Shown piece after piece: positions 26,550-35,140 of a stretch of DNA of 64,000 bases. Made by a program: the position numbers and the translations under genes. Within the stretch, counting starts at the first letter, position 1; every line of letters starts with the position of its first letter. The notes beneath the pieces were generated by a model. It searched no databases and was not told where the DNA came from. It saw only the letters and a list, made by a program, of their open reading frames with translations. Source of the DNA: an uncultured Gammaproteobacteria bacterium (GTDB taxonomy: Bacteria; Patescibacteriota; Patescibacteriia; Magasanikbacterales; UBA922); contig CAYMVY010000001.1 of NCBI GenBank assembly GCA_964394405.1, positions 233,219 through 297,218 on the forward strand. The letters run 5' to 3'.

Positions 26550-27521
26550 TTAGGGAAGAAGTTTTGGCTCAATTGAGCTATATTTTTTGAGAAGTTGTTG
26601 GATTTGTTTTGTAGTAAGGAGACCTCGCTGTCCTCCAAAATAGTGGATTACTCCTGCTGCATTTGCAGTACCCCAGCGCATAGCGTCGAGAATACTGTAC
26701 CCTTTGAGTCTCGCACCCATAAATCCGCTTGCGTAGGCATCTCCAGCACCAGTGCGTGAACGCGCTGGGACAGGAAAACAAGGCATCATGTAGACTCCGT
26801 TTCCCTCAGATACATAGGAACCTTTGCGACCATCGGTAAGTACGACGAGCTTCACTCCTTTTTTATGCAGAGAATGTATAAGCTCGGGGATTGATGTTTG
26901 TTTCTGTGTTAATTTTTGCGCTTCTTCCTTGTTTACAAATAAGATATCAATAAACGGGAGTATTTCACGTGTTTTTTTGATTCCCTCATTATATTGATAT
27001 GATCCAGGATTACAGACAAGAATTGTTGAAGGATGTTTTTGTTTATATATGAGTATTTTGTTTTGAACATACTCAAATGTTTTTCCAAGTGAGCTGTAGT
27101 AGAGTATACGTGTCTTTGGTAATGCAGGGAGTTTGTACGTGCGTGGCGCATGATATGAGAGAATAGTTCGTTCACTCTTATAATTCAGTACTACTGCATA
27201 ACGCGTCTCTTTTCCTTTACATATACGAACATACCGAGTATCGACCCCCATTTTTTTTAAATCATCTGCTATAAGCAATCCATTGATATCATCTCCCACC
27301 TCGGTCACAATCGCGCTTCGTAGGCCTAATTTCTGGGCTCCCACGGCCACATTGGCAGCATTACCTCCAATCGATTGATGCGCCCCGGTAATTGGAATTT
27401 TTTCGGAATAGTTAAAACACAGCTGACATTCATTGGTTTTGACATCGCAATTGAGTGTAGCTTCATCAATTTCGAGAAACATGTCGATCGTCGAATCTCC
27501 AATCGTCACAATATCGTACAT
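26550..27521 (-). CDS. PfkB-family carbohydrate/nucleoside kinase (ribokinase-like)
   Basis: GGNAANVAVG N-terminal motif and C-terminal TGAGDAYASGFM anion-hole motif. Confidence 0.75.
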   Translation of the reverse strand: MYDIVTIGDSTIDMFLEIDEATLNCDVKTNECQLCFNYSEKIPITGAHQSIGGNAANVAVGAQKLGLRSAIVTEVGDDINGLLIADDLKKMGVDTRYVRICKGKETRYAVVLNYKSERTILSYHAPRTYKLPALPKTRILYYSSLGKTFEYVQNKILIYKQKHPSTILVCNPGSYQYNEGIKKTREILPFIDILFVNKEEAQKLTQKQTSIPELIHSLHKKGVKLVVLTDGRKGSYVSEGNGVYMMPCFPVPARSRTGAGDAYASGFMGARLKGYSILDAMRWGTANAAGVIHYFGGQRGLLTTKQIQQLLKKYSSIEPKLLP

Positions 27522-27527
27522 ATGAAA

Positions 27528-27845
27528 TTATTTCAGTTTTTTTATGTGTTCGAGGCGATTCGGGTCATGCTTGTGGAGTCCAGTCAGAATTTCAATAAAT
27601 TCAATCAGTGAATTGAGTCCAAAAGCGGCAAAGGCAATAACAAAGATGAGGTTCTGTATATAGAGAGCGTACGTGAGGAGGCATGCAGATCCAAGGACAA
27701 AGACTAGGTCCTGCCTCCGTTCAGCTTCAAGAAATACTCCATAGGAGAGAAGAATGATGCCGAGTCCTGCTACGACGTAAATAACTATCTGTAGTGTGGA
27801 TGAAGGTAGTGTGGGGAACCAAGACTCGAGAAGCATAGGTTTCAA
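27528..27845 (-). CDS. small integral membrane protein (3 TM)
   Basis: 105-aa hydrophobic ORF in the operon gap. Confidence 0.35.
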   Translation of the reverse strand: MKPMLLESWFPTLPSSTLQIVIYVVAGLGIILLSYGVFLEAERRQDLVFVLGSACLLTYALYIQNLIFVIAFAAFGLNSLIEFIEILTGLHKHDPNRLEHIKKLK

Positions 27846-27966
27846 ATTTAAAACTCAAAAGTAAAAACTCAAAATTTTTAAATACAATTTTAAGTATAGC
27901 ATACGATATACGACACATGGAATACGATACAAAATTTTGAGTCGTATTATGTCTATCGTGAGTCGT
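27846..27966. repeat. repeat element copy B
   Basis: AAAACTCAAAAGTAAAAACTCAAAA ... AAAATTTTGAGTCGT. Confidence 0.5.
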
Positions 27967-27972
27967 GTCAGT

Positions 27973-28941
27973 TTAACCCTCCCACTTATTAATATACTCA
28001 ATTGCAGAGAGTGCTGCGGTGACTCCTTGTCCTGCGGCAATGACGATTTGTTTATAAGGAACCGTAGTCACATCTCCTGCAGCGAATATACCAGGAACTG
28101 AGGTGGCACATTTGAGGTCTACGATGATTTCTCCCAGAGGTGTACGATCAACAATAGTCGCGAAACTCGAATTTGGAATATTTCCAATATGTACCATTGC
28201 TCCATTAATTGAAATTTGTTTTGTCTCGTTGGTATTGAGATCAAGATAGCTGAGACCCTCGACAACGTCTTTTCCGAGTATTTCTGTTGTTTGTGCTGAA
28301 TAAATAATTTCAACATTTGGTGCTTTTTTGACTTTATCAATCAAAATATTTTCTCCCTTAGGAAATCCGCCTTTGGTCTCTTTGGTATTGGGAAATTTGG
28401 TAATAAAATACACTTTGGTTGCAAGCTCAGCCATCATAAGCGCTGACTCGAGCCCTGCATTCCCAGCCCCAATTGTTGCAGTAATCTTTCCCTTGTATAG
28501 AGGACCATCACACACCGTACAATAGGTAACCCCTTTTCCTCGGAGTTCTTTTTCTCCAGGAATACCAAGTTCACGAGGGTGAATACCACTTCCGATAAGT
28601 ACCGTCTTGGTATAGTATATTTTTTCCTGTTTTGAGTAGTTTTCAGTTTTTACAATAAAATAGTTTTTTTCTTTGGTAATCTCGGTAACCGCAAATCCGA
28701 TGTCCGCTTGTACTCCGTAGGACGCTGCATGTTTGTAGAATTGATCTGCTAATGCAAAACCTGTGGTATGAATAATGCCGGGCCAATTATCTACATCGCC
28801 AGAGAGCGCAACTTCACCACCAATATCTTTTGCAACAATAACAAATTTTAGATTTCTCCTGGCAGCATAGACCGCAGCAGCACATCCAGCAGCAGCAGCT
28901 CCGATAATCACGAGATCGAGCAGATTATTTTTTTGGGCCAT
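27973..28941 (-). CDS. trxB: thioredoxin-disulfide reductase
   Basis: FAD motif DLVIIGAAAAGCAAAVYAARR, redox-active CTVCDG, NADPH site GAGNAG. Confidence 0.85.
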   Translation of the reverse strand: MAQKNNLLDLVIIGAAAAGCAAAVYAARRNLKFVIVAKDIGGEVALSGDVDNWPGIIHTTGFALADQFYKHAASYGVQADIGFAVTEITKEKNYFIVKTENYSKQEKIYYTKTVLIGSGIHPRELGIPGEKELRGKGVTYCTVCDGPLYKGKITATIGAGNAGLESALMMAELATKVYFITKFPNTKETKGGFPKGENILIDKVKKAPNVEIIYSAQTTEILGKDVVEGLSYLDLNTNETKQISINGAMVHIGNIPNSSFATIVDRTPLGEIIVDLKCATSVPGIFAAGDVTTVPYKQIVIAAGQGVTAALSAIEYINKWEG

Positions 28942-28952
28942 ATAGTAGTTTT

Positions 28953-29603
28953 CTAGTTATCTAGTTTTTCTAGTTGATTTTTGATGTATAAAATTTGTTC
29001 ACTCGGTGTATGTTTTCGTTTGAATACCAAGCTTCCTGGACAGATCGCATGTACCCCGCTTCGCACAATCGCTTCAAGTGTGTCTTCATGCACTCCGCCA
29101 TCAAGTTCCGTATATATTTCGGGATATTTTTTTCTACACTCAGAAATTTTTTCAAGAACACTCGGGATGAGTTTCTGTCCTTGGAATCCAGGATTGACGC
29201 CCATGAAAAGAATGCCATCTATATTTTGTTCTACACCCTGTATATCTTCAAGTGAAGTGTCTGGGTTAAGTGCGATAAAAATTTGTCGAGTGTACGTACG
29301 TGCATGGGCAATCGTCTCGACTACATTATCTACTGATTCAGCGTGTATAATAAAACGAGTGACAGATGGTATGTTACTCCATTCAGCTATAACCTCGAGA
29401 GGGGAAGCGACCATGAGATGTAGTTCAAACGTGTAGCCCTCTATGTGTGTGACTGTGGCAGTTTCTGCCCAGGTAGTATTTGGTACAAATGTACCGTCTG
29501 CAATATCCAATTGAACATGTGTTACCGCGTGATCAAGTAGATTGAGCTGTGTAAGAAATTCCTGCTCGGATTTGACGAGAACTGAAGGAATGATATCAAT
29601 CAT
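28953..29603 (-). CDS. rpe: ribulose-phosphate 3-epimerase
   Basis: IIPSVL...HLMV...GFQGQKLIP, typical Rpe TIM-barrel motifs. 4-nt overlap with rpiB. Confidence 0.75.
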   Translation of the reverse strand: MIDIIPSVLVKSEQEFLTQLNLLDHAVTHVQLDIADGTFVPNTTWAETATVTHIEGYTFELHLMVASPLEVIAEWSNIPSVTRFIIHAESVDNVVETIAHARTYTRQIFIALNPDTSLEDIQGVEQNIDGILFMGVNPGFQGQKLIPSVLEKISECRKKYPEIYTELDGGVHEDTLEAIVRSGVHAICPGSLVFKRKHTPSEQILYIKNQLEKLDN

Positions 29604-30073
29604 ATTCCTTTTTCAAAATTTTCAATTTTTTCAAGTCTCTGAACATGGCGTTCTTGGCCTGGGAAATCTGTCTCAAGCCAGCGCTTTACAATTGCCATAG
29701 CAAAGTCTTCGGATAAGTGATCAGAAGCGAGGCATAAAATATTGGTATTATCATCAGTTACCATAGATTCTGCAGCAGCAATATTGTATCCAATACCTGC
29801 GCGGACACCTTTGACCTTATTTGCTGCCATACACACGCCCACTCCATTGCGACAAATGAGGATTCCACGCGCATTTTCTGCAACTACCCGAGTAGCTAGA
29901 GGAAAAGCATAGTCTGGATAATCATCATCCTCAACATGGTCCATAGGGCCAAGATCAGTAACAGGACGGGAGAGTTCATTTTCAATAAAACGAACCAAAC
30001 GCTTTTTGAGTGCGTATCCACCGTGGTCTCCCGAAATATAGAGTGCCCCAGAATACATAGAAATAAAAGTCAA
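29600..30073 (-). CDS. rpiB: ribose-5-phosphate isomerase B
   Basis: GILICRNGVGVCMAANKVKGVRA, the RpiB/LacAB signature. Confidence 0.8.
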   Translation of the reverse strand: MTFISMYSGALYISGDHGGYALKKRLVRFIENELSRPVTDLGPMDHVEDDDYPDYAFPLATRVVAENARGILICRNGVGVCMAANKVKGVRAGIGYNIAAAESMVTDDNTNILCLASDHLSEDFAMAIVKRWLETDFPGQERHVQRLEKIENFEKGI

Positions 30074-30112
30074 AATTCAAAGCTTAAAACTCAAAACCAT
30101 TTGAGTTGAATT
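30064..30112. repeat. repeat element copy C (short)
   Basis: AAAAGTCAAAATTCAAAGCTTAAAACTCAAAACC-ATTTGAGTTGAA. Confidence 0.45.
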
Positions 30113-30178
30113 GTAGTTAGTTAGTATAAGAAAGTATACCGCCTTTGGATACTTAGGTAAAGAGACTGTCCACATAAT

Positions 30179-30207
30179 TTGACGGTTACACAAGTTGTCG
30201 CTATGAT
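30179..30207 (+). promoter_or_regulatory. candidate promoter TTGACG-17-TATGAT for the CBS gene
   Basis: Read directly: TTGACG 30179-30184, TATGAT 30202-30207. Confidence 0.4.
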
Positions 30208-30273
30208 AGAAATATAGTGAAAATTCTTCTGTCTTCTTCCATATTTTTTTCTTTACTTTTAATCACCCTCTTT

Positions 30274-30723
30274 ATGAAAGTCAAAGAATTGATGGATACA
30301 AATGTGGTGTCTGTAACTCCTGGCACCACATATGAAGATGTGGCGCGACTACTCTATGCGCACCAGGTAAGTGGTGCGCCAGTTTTGGATGAAAAAGAAC
30401 GTGTAGTGGGATTTGTCTCAGAAAAAGATATCGTCAGAATTTTATACCCTTGGTATAAGAGCTTCTATGAAAGTCCAGAAAGTTATACAGACATGGAGGC
30501 GCGGGAATCAAAGGCGGGTGATATCAGACATACCAAAGTCGAAGTGTTCATGAAGAGGGATATTCTGACAGTCACACCCAATGATCCGATTATGAAGGCA
30601 GGAGCACTCATGCTCGCGCATGATGTGAATCGACTTCCTGTGGTGGAAAATGGAAAAGTAGTAGGAATAGTGAGCCGGGACAGTATTTATAAGGCAGTAC
30701 TTAAAAAGAATTTTGGGCTGTAG
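30274..30723 (+). CDS. CBS-domain pair protein
   Basis: Two CBS repeats (MDTNVVSVTPGTTYEDVARLL...VSGAPVLDE; ILTVTPNDPIMKAGALMLAHDVNRLPVVENGKVVGIVS). Start at the internal Met preferred. Confidence 0.65.
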   Translation: MKVKELMDTNVVSVTPGTTYEDVARLLYAHQVSGAPVLDEKERVVGFVSEKDIVRILYPWYKSFYESPESYTDMEARESKAGDIRHTKVEVFMKRDILTVTPNDPIMKAGALMLAHDVNRLPVVENGKVVGIVSRDSIYKAVLKKNFGL

Positions 30724-30735
30724 ATTGAAAAAATA

Positions 30736-30768
30736 CAAAAAAGAGTGGTTTTCTTCCACTCTTTTTTG
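30736..30768 (+). terminator. intrinsic terminator AAGAGTGG-ttttctt-CCACTCTT + T-run
   Basis: Hairpin plus TTTTTTG after the CBS gene. Confidence 0.55.
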
Positions 30769-30885
30769 TATTTAATGGCTGTATTGACACAAAAATAATG
30801 ATATGATATGTTGTGCGACCGTCTTACAGAGAGATCTGTGAGAAGCGGTGAGAAAGGCAAGGGCAACCAATCGTGGAGGACAGAC

Positions 30886-31848
30886 ATGGCTCTGACAATC
30901 AGTTTTAGCGGAATCGAGGGGAGGAAGCAATTCGATGAAACGCAGAATCGAGCGCTCCTGTTCCGCATCTTCGAAGAAGCAGGGTTCTCTGGCGAGTTCG
31001 AGATGCGTCTGCATCGGCAGGTCTCGGCGAGCGGCGGCGGGCATCATCAGGGACTTCAAGGGGTGCAGTTCAACCAGAAGGGTGATCGCACTCTCAAGGT
31101 CTGCGTTCAAGTCGGGGACAGTAGTACCCGGCATGAGCTGCACCTGCCGGTCTCGAGGGAGAAGCTCCAGGAGATGATCCGGAGGCTCAAGGGAGCTCAG
31201 GGGCGTCTCGTCGAGCGCGAGAAGGCAGTGGTGTCGCGTACGAACGGGAAGTCGCGGGAAAGCGTGCTCGATCCGAAGGCTCCAGTGAATGGGACCAAGC
31301 AGAAGCATGATGAAGAAGCTACACTCACGACTATGGGTCAACCTGTGGCTGTGATGGACGAACTGTCGGCGGATGAGCTCAACATGTGTCGCCACATCGT
31401 CGAGGAGGAGGGTGCGAAGATCGAGGAGATCGATCAGAGGCTCAGGGAGACGGAAGATCAGATCTCCAGTCATGAGCATGAGCACATGCGACTCATCCAT
31501 GACCTCAGGGAATCTGCTCTGACAGCAGAAGATCTCGAGCACGAGATTCTCCGACTCGAAGAGAAGCTCAACTCCGCGAAGGAGAAGCTTCTCAGGGTGC
31601 GCGGGAATCAGATCGAGATGGAGCTCGCGGACGCAGAGCATGTCTCTGCGCTCGAAGAACTGCGACGACTGGTCTCTGACCTCAATCAGAAGAGGTCCAA
31701 GGCAGAGGCGAACCGTACCAACGCGGCTGAGGAGGTGTCCAAGGCAGAGGCGCGGGCCGAAGCAGGCCTCCGGGCGCTGCTGCGGATGCTCAGTCCGGAC
31801 CGTCTGGTCCGGATCGTCGCCACACTGGGCGATGGGGCATCCAAGTAG
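30886..31848 (+). CDS. GC-rich coiled-coil protein (compositional outlier, possible horizontally acquired gene)
   Basis: GGAGGA Shine-Dalgarno 6 nt before ATG 30886. 321-aa charged helical protein. Region is visibly GC-rich relative to its neighbours. The antisense ORF 30772-31902 has junk-like L/R-rich composition. Confidence 0.55.
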   Translation: MALTISFSGIEGRKQFDETQNRALLFRIFEEAGFSGEFEMRLHRQVSASGGGHHQGLQGVQFNQKGDRTLKVCVQVGDSSTRHELHLPVSREKLQEMIRRLKGAQGRLVEREKAVVSRTNGKSRESVLDPKAPVNGTKQKHDEEATLTTMGQPVAVMDELSADELNMCRHIVEEEGAKIEEIDQRLRETEDQISSHEHEHMRLIHDLRESALTAEDLEHEILRLEEKLNSAKEKLLRVRGNQIEMELADAEHVSALEELRRLVSDLNQKRSKAEANRTNAAEEVSKAEARAEAGLRALLRMLSPDRLVRIVATLGDGASK

Positions 31849-31938
31849 TGGAGAGGGATTTGGACGGGGGGTGGCACGCGCTGCCTCCCGTCCAAAAAGC
31901 ATACCAATATATTGGTATTTTTTATTTTTAGAACTATT

Positions 31939-31967
31939 TTGACTTTTTGGTTAGATACTTGTATATT
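31939..31967 (+). promoter_or_regulatory. promoter TTGACT-17-TATATT for the ileS leader
   Basis: Read directly. Confidence 0.45.
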
Positions 31968-31974
31968 TAGAACA

Positions 31975-32185
31975 CAATTGTATCAGCGTATTTTCTGCAA
32001 TCAACAGAAATTCTCTATATGAGAAGCGCTAGAGGAAGAAATCCGCGAATAGTGGAAAGTAGAACCTCTCGGGTATGCCCGTAATAGCTGCAAATAAGTG
32101 CTACCAATCGTAGAAGCAGGATGGTACCGTCCCGACTCAGTCGGGATTCCTGCAGATAGGGTAGCTTTTTGTTTTTTTAGTCTCC
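31975..32185 (+). promoter_or_regulatory. candidate T-box-like leader/attenuator upstream of ileS
   Basis: AGGATGGTACCGTC (32118-32131) resembles the T-box AGGGTGGNACCGCG. Nested terminator GCAGGA..CCCGAC-TCAG-GTCGGG..TCCTGC, then CTTTTTGTTTTTTT. About 280-nt leader before ileS ATG 32255. Confidence 0.35.
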
Positions 32186-32254
32186 AATCTTTACTTTTAG
32201 ACTTTTGCCGTGCCTGCCGGCAGGCAGGACTTTACGACTTTTGACTATTTTTAT

Positions 32255-35140
32255 ATGCCGTATAATGCACAAGAACAAGAGCTTGAAATATTGAAACATT
32301 GGGATACAACCGATGCGTTTCGAAAATCTGTAGAAAATCGACCGCTTGATAGACAGTATGTTTTTTATGATGGTCCTCCCTTTGCAACAGGTTTACCTCA
32401 TTACGGACATTTTGGACCTAGTGTGATGAAAGATGCCGTACCTCGCTACTGGACGATGCGGGGGCGACGCGTTGAGCGTGTATGGGGATGGGATTGTCAT
32501 GGGCTTCCGATTGAAAATATTGTTGAAAAAGAACTGGGGATCAAAAGTAAAAAAGAAATTGAAGAAATGGGTGTTGCGGAATTTAACGAAAAATGTCGCG
32601 GAAAAGTTTTGAGCTATGTAGGTGAATGGGAAAAAACGATTCATCGTCTTGGTCGCTGGGTAGATATGAAAAATGCCTATCGCACCATGGATAATAATTA
32701 CATGGAGTCAGTGTGGACCGTATTCAAACAACTTTGGGACAAAGATCTGATTTATCATGGATACAAACCCATGCATATCTGCCCTCGATGTGAGACAACT
32801 TTGTCACAGCAGGAAGTCACTGAAGGATATAAAGATATCAAAGATATTTCGGTAACGGCGAAGTTTAAAGTGAAAAATGCTAAAGAAAAATTAGGAATTG
32901 ATGGTGATGTATTTATTCTTGCATGGACGACAACTCCATGGACATTGCCAGGAAATGTATTACTCGCAGTGGGAAGTGAAATCGAATATTCACTCGTTAA
33001 AAGCGGGGAGGAATATTATATTCTTGCATCAGAATTAGTCGAAGTTAATTGTGAAGAAAAAGAATATGAAGTGGTAAAAAAACTTTCAGCTGATGAATTA
33101 GTCGGTCTCGAGTATGAACCACTATTTCCATACTTTGCAGATAGTAAAAATTCTTTCCGAGTTGTCACTGCGGATTTTGTGACTACTGAAGATGGGACTG
33201 GTGTAGTGCATCTCGCACCTGCATTTGGTACTGATGATTATGAGGTGTTCAAAAAAGAACATGTACCGTTTATTCAACATGTAAAAATGGATGGGACGTT
33301 TATTGATAAAGTGATAGATTTTGCGGGTATGCATGTGAAGCCGGCAGCAGATCATATGGCAACTGATGTGGAAATAGTGAAATGGCTGGCGCACAATGGA
33401 AAATTATTTTCAAAGAAAAAATATGAACACAGCTATCCACATTGTTGGCGTTGTGATACTCCACTCATTAATTATGCGACGAGTAGTTGGTTTGTAAATG
33501 TTACGAAGATCAAAGCAAAAGCATTGAAACAAGCAGAAAAAATCAATTGGTCTCCTGAGCATATTAAGGAAGGAAGATTTGGAAAATGGCTTGAAGGAGC
33601 TCGTGATTGGTCAATCTCACGACAGCGTTTTTGGGCTACGGTAATCCCTGTCTGGCAGAGTGCTGATGGCGATTCAATATGTATTGGCTCTATGAAAGAG
33701 CTTGAAGAATTATCTGGAAAAAAAGTGGATGATTTGCACAAGCATATTGTCGACACCATTACATTTGAAAAAGATGGTAAGACCTATACGCGGGTGCCTG
33801 ACGTACTCGACACCTGGTTTGATTCAGGTTCGATGCCCTATGCAGAAGTACATTATCCATTTGAAAATAAAGAAAAATTCGAAGCAAGTTTCCCCGCAGA
33901 ATTTATTGCGGAATCTCAGGACCAAACTCGCGCGTGGTTTTATTATTTGCATGTACTTGCTGTAAGTTTGTTTGGAAAACCAGCGTATAAAAATGTGATT
34001 GTCAACGGAATTGTGCTTGCAGAAGACGGGAAAAAGATGAGTAAGAAATTACAGAATTATCCAGATCCTAATACACTTCTTGAAAAATATGGAGCAGATG
34101 CACTTCGTTACTATTTGTTAACATCTCCAGTCATGATGGCAGAGAATCTGAACTTCTCAGAAGCAGGAGTGCGAGAAATGTATAATAAACTCGTGAATAC
34201 ATTGTGGAATGTATGTGAGTTTTATGAACTCTTTGCAGAGAAAGGTAAAAGCAAAAACGTAAAAGTAAAAAGAGAGAATATTTTAGATCGCTGGATTATA
34301 ACAAAGTTGAATATATTGGTTAAAGAAGTCACTGAGGGGATGGAAGCGTACAAACTTGCTGAGGCGAGTCGTCCGATTGTGGAATTTGTGACTGAATTAT
34401 CGCAGTGGTACGTACGACGTAGTCGCGATCGTTTCAAAGGTGATGATGCGAGTGATAAAGAAGCTGCGCTTCAGACACTTCAGACTGTGCTTCTAACTCT
34501 TTCAAAAGTCATGGCACCATTCACTCCATTTATTGCAGAAACACTGTATCAGAAAGTAGGAGGAGAGATGGAGAGTGTGCACCTCGAAGATTTTCCCGTG
34601 TATAATAAAAAAGAAGTTGATGGGGGTGTACTTGAAGAAATGACACATGTACGAAAAGTGGTGGAAATGGGTCTTGCACTTCGTGCGTCAGCTGGGATAA
34701 AAGTACGCCAGATATTATCAAAACTATATTTCAGTGGCGTCACACTTTCAGATGCGGCCAAGGAAATCGTCGCAGATGAAATGAACGTAAAAAAAGTTGT
34801 AGAAGAAATGCCCGGAACATCTGAGTTCATTACTCTGAAAGAAGACGGAAGCGTAACAGTTGGTCTAGATACTCAAATGACAGATGAATTGAAAAAAGAA
34901 GGATTGGTTCGAGAAATCATTCGCGCAGTGAATCAGATGAGAAAAGAGCAGGGGCTTACGGTGGAGGATATGGTTACACTGTATTGGCATACCGAAGATA
35001 CACAATTACAGTCAGTGTTTGAAAATTATGGAAAAGAAATTGCAACTGGAGTATTAGCCTATGAAATGGTAGAAAAGAACAATGAGGGTAAGTTAGAAAT
35101 TGAAGGAGTTACATTATCATTAACTATTGAAAAGAAATAA
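32255..35140 (+). CDS. ileS: isoleucyl-tRNA synthetase (type with KMSKK, no C-terminal Zn finger)
   Basis: HIGH-type PHYGH motif, KMSKKLQNYPDP, CP1 editing domain. 961 aa from Met 32255. Confidence 0.9.
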   Translation: MPYNAQEQELEILKHWDTTDAFRKSVENRPLDRQYVFYDGPPFATGLPHYGHFGPSVMKDAVPRYWTMRGRRVERVWGWDCHGLPIENIVEKELGIKSKKEIEEMGVAEFNEKCRGKVLSYVGEWEKTIHRLGRWVDMKNAYRTMDNNYMESVWTVFKQLWDKDLIYHGYKPMHICPRCETTLSQQEVTEGYKDIKDISVTAKFKVKNAKEKLGIDGDVFILAWTTTPWTLPGNVLLAVGSEIEYSLVKSGEEYYILASELVEVNCEEKEYEVVKKLSADELVGLEYEPLFPYFADSKNSFRVVTADFVTTEDGTGVVHLAPAFGTDDYEVFKKEHVPFIQHVKMDGTFIDKVIDFAGMHVKPAADHMATDVEIVKWLAHNGKLFSKKKYEHSYPHCWRCDTPLINYATSSWFVNVTKIKAKALKQAEKINWSPEHIKEGRFGKWLEGARDWSISRQRFWATVIPVWQSADGDSICIGSMKELEELSGKKVDDLHKHIVDTITFEKDGKTYTRVPDVLDTWFDSGSMPYAEVHYPFENKEKFEASFPAEFIAESQDQTRAWFYYLHVLAVSLFGKPAYKNVIVNGIVLAEDGKKMSKKLQNYPDPNTLLEKYGADALRYYLLTSPVMMAENLNFSEAGVREMYNKLVNTLWNVCEFYELFAEKGKSKNVKVKRENILDRWIITKLNILVKEVTEGMEAYKLAEASRPIVEFVTELSQWYVRRSRDRFKGDDASDKEAALQTLQTVLLTLSKVMAPFTPFIAETLYQKVGGEMESVHLEDFPVYNKKEVDGGVLEEMTHVRKVVEMGLALRASAGIKVRQILSKLYFSGVTLSDAAKEIVADEMNVKKVVEEMPGTSEFITLKEDGSVTVGLDTQMTDELKKEGLVREIIRAVNQMRKEQGLTVEDMVTLYWHTEDTQLQSVFENYGKEIATGVLAYEMVEKNNEGKLEIEGVTLSLTIEKK

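Noticed and set aside
28981-29436. 151-aa and 86-aa plus-strand ORFs
   Set aside because: Antisense to rpe; no motifs.
30772-31902. 376-aa minus-strand ORF overlapping the GC-rich gene
   Set aside because: Antisense shadow ORF typical of high-GC DNA. Its composition is L/R/P-rich with no motifs. The plus-strand ORF has a proper Shine-Dalgarno and protein-like coiled-coil sequence.
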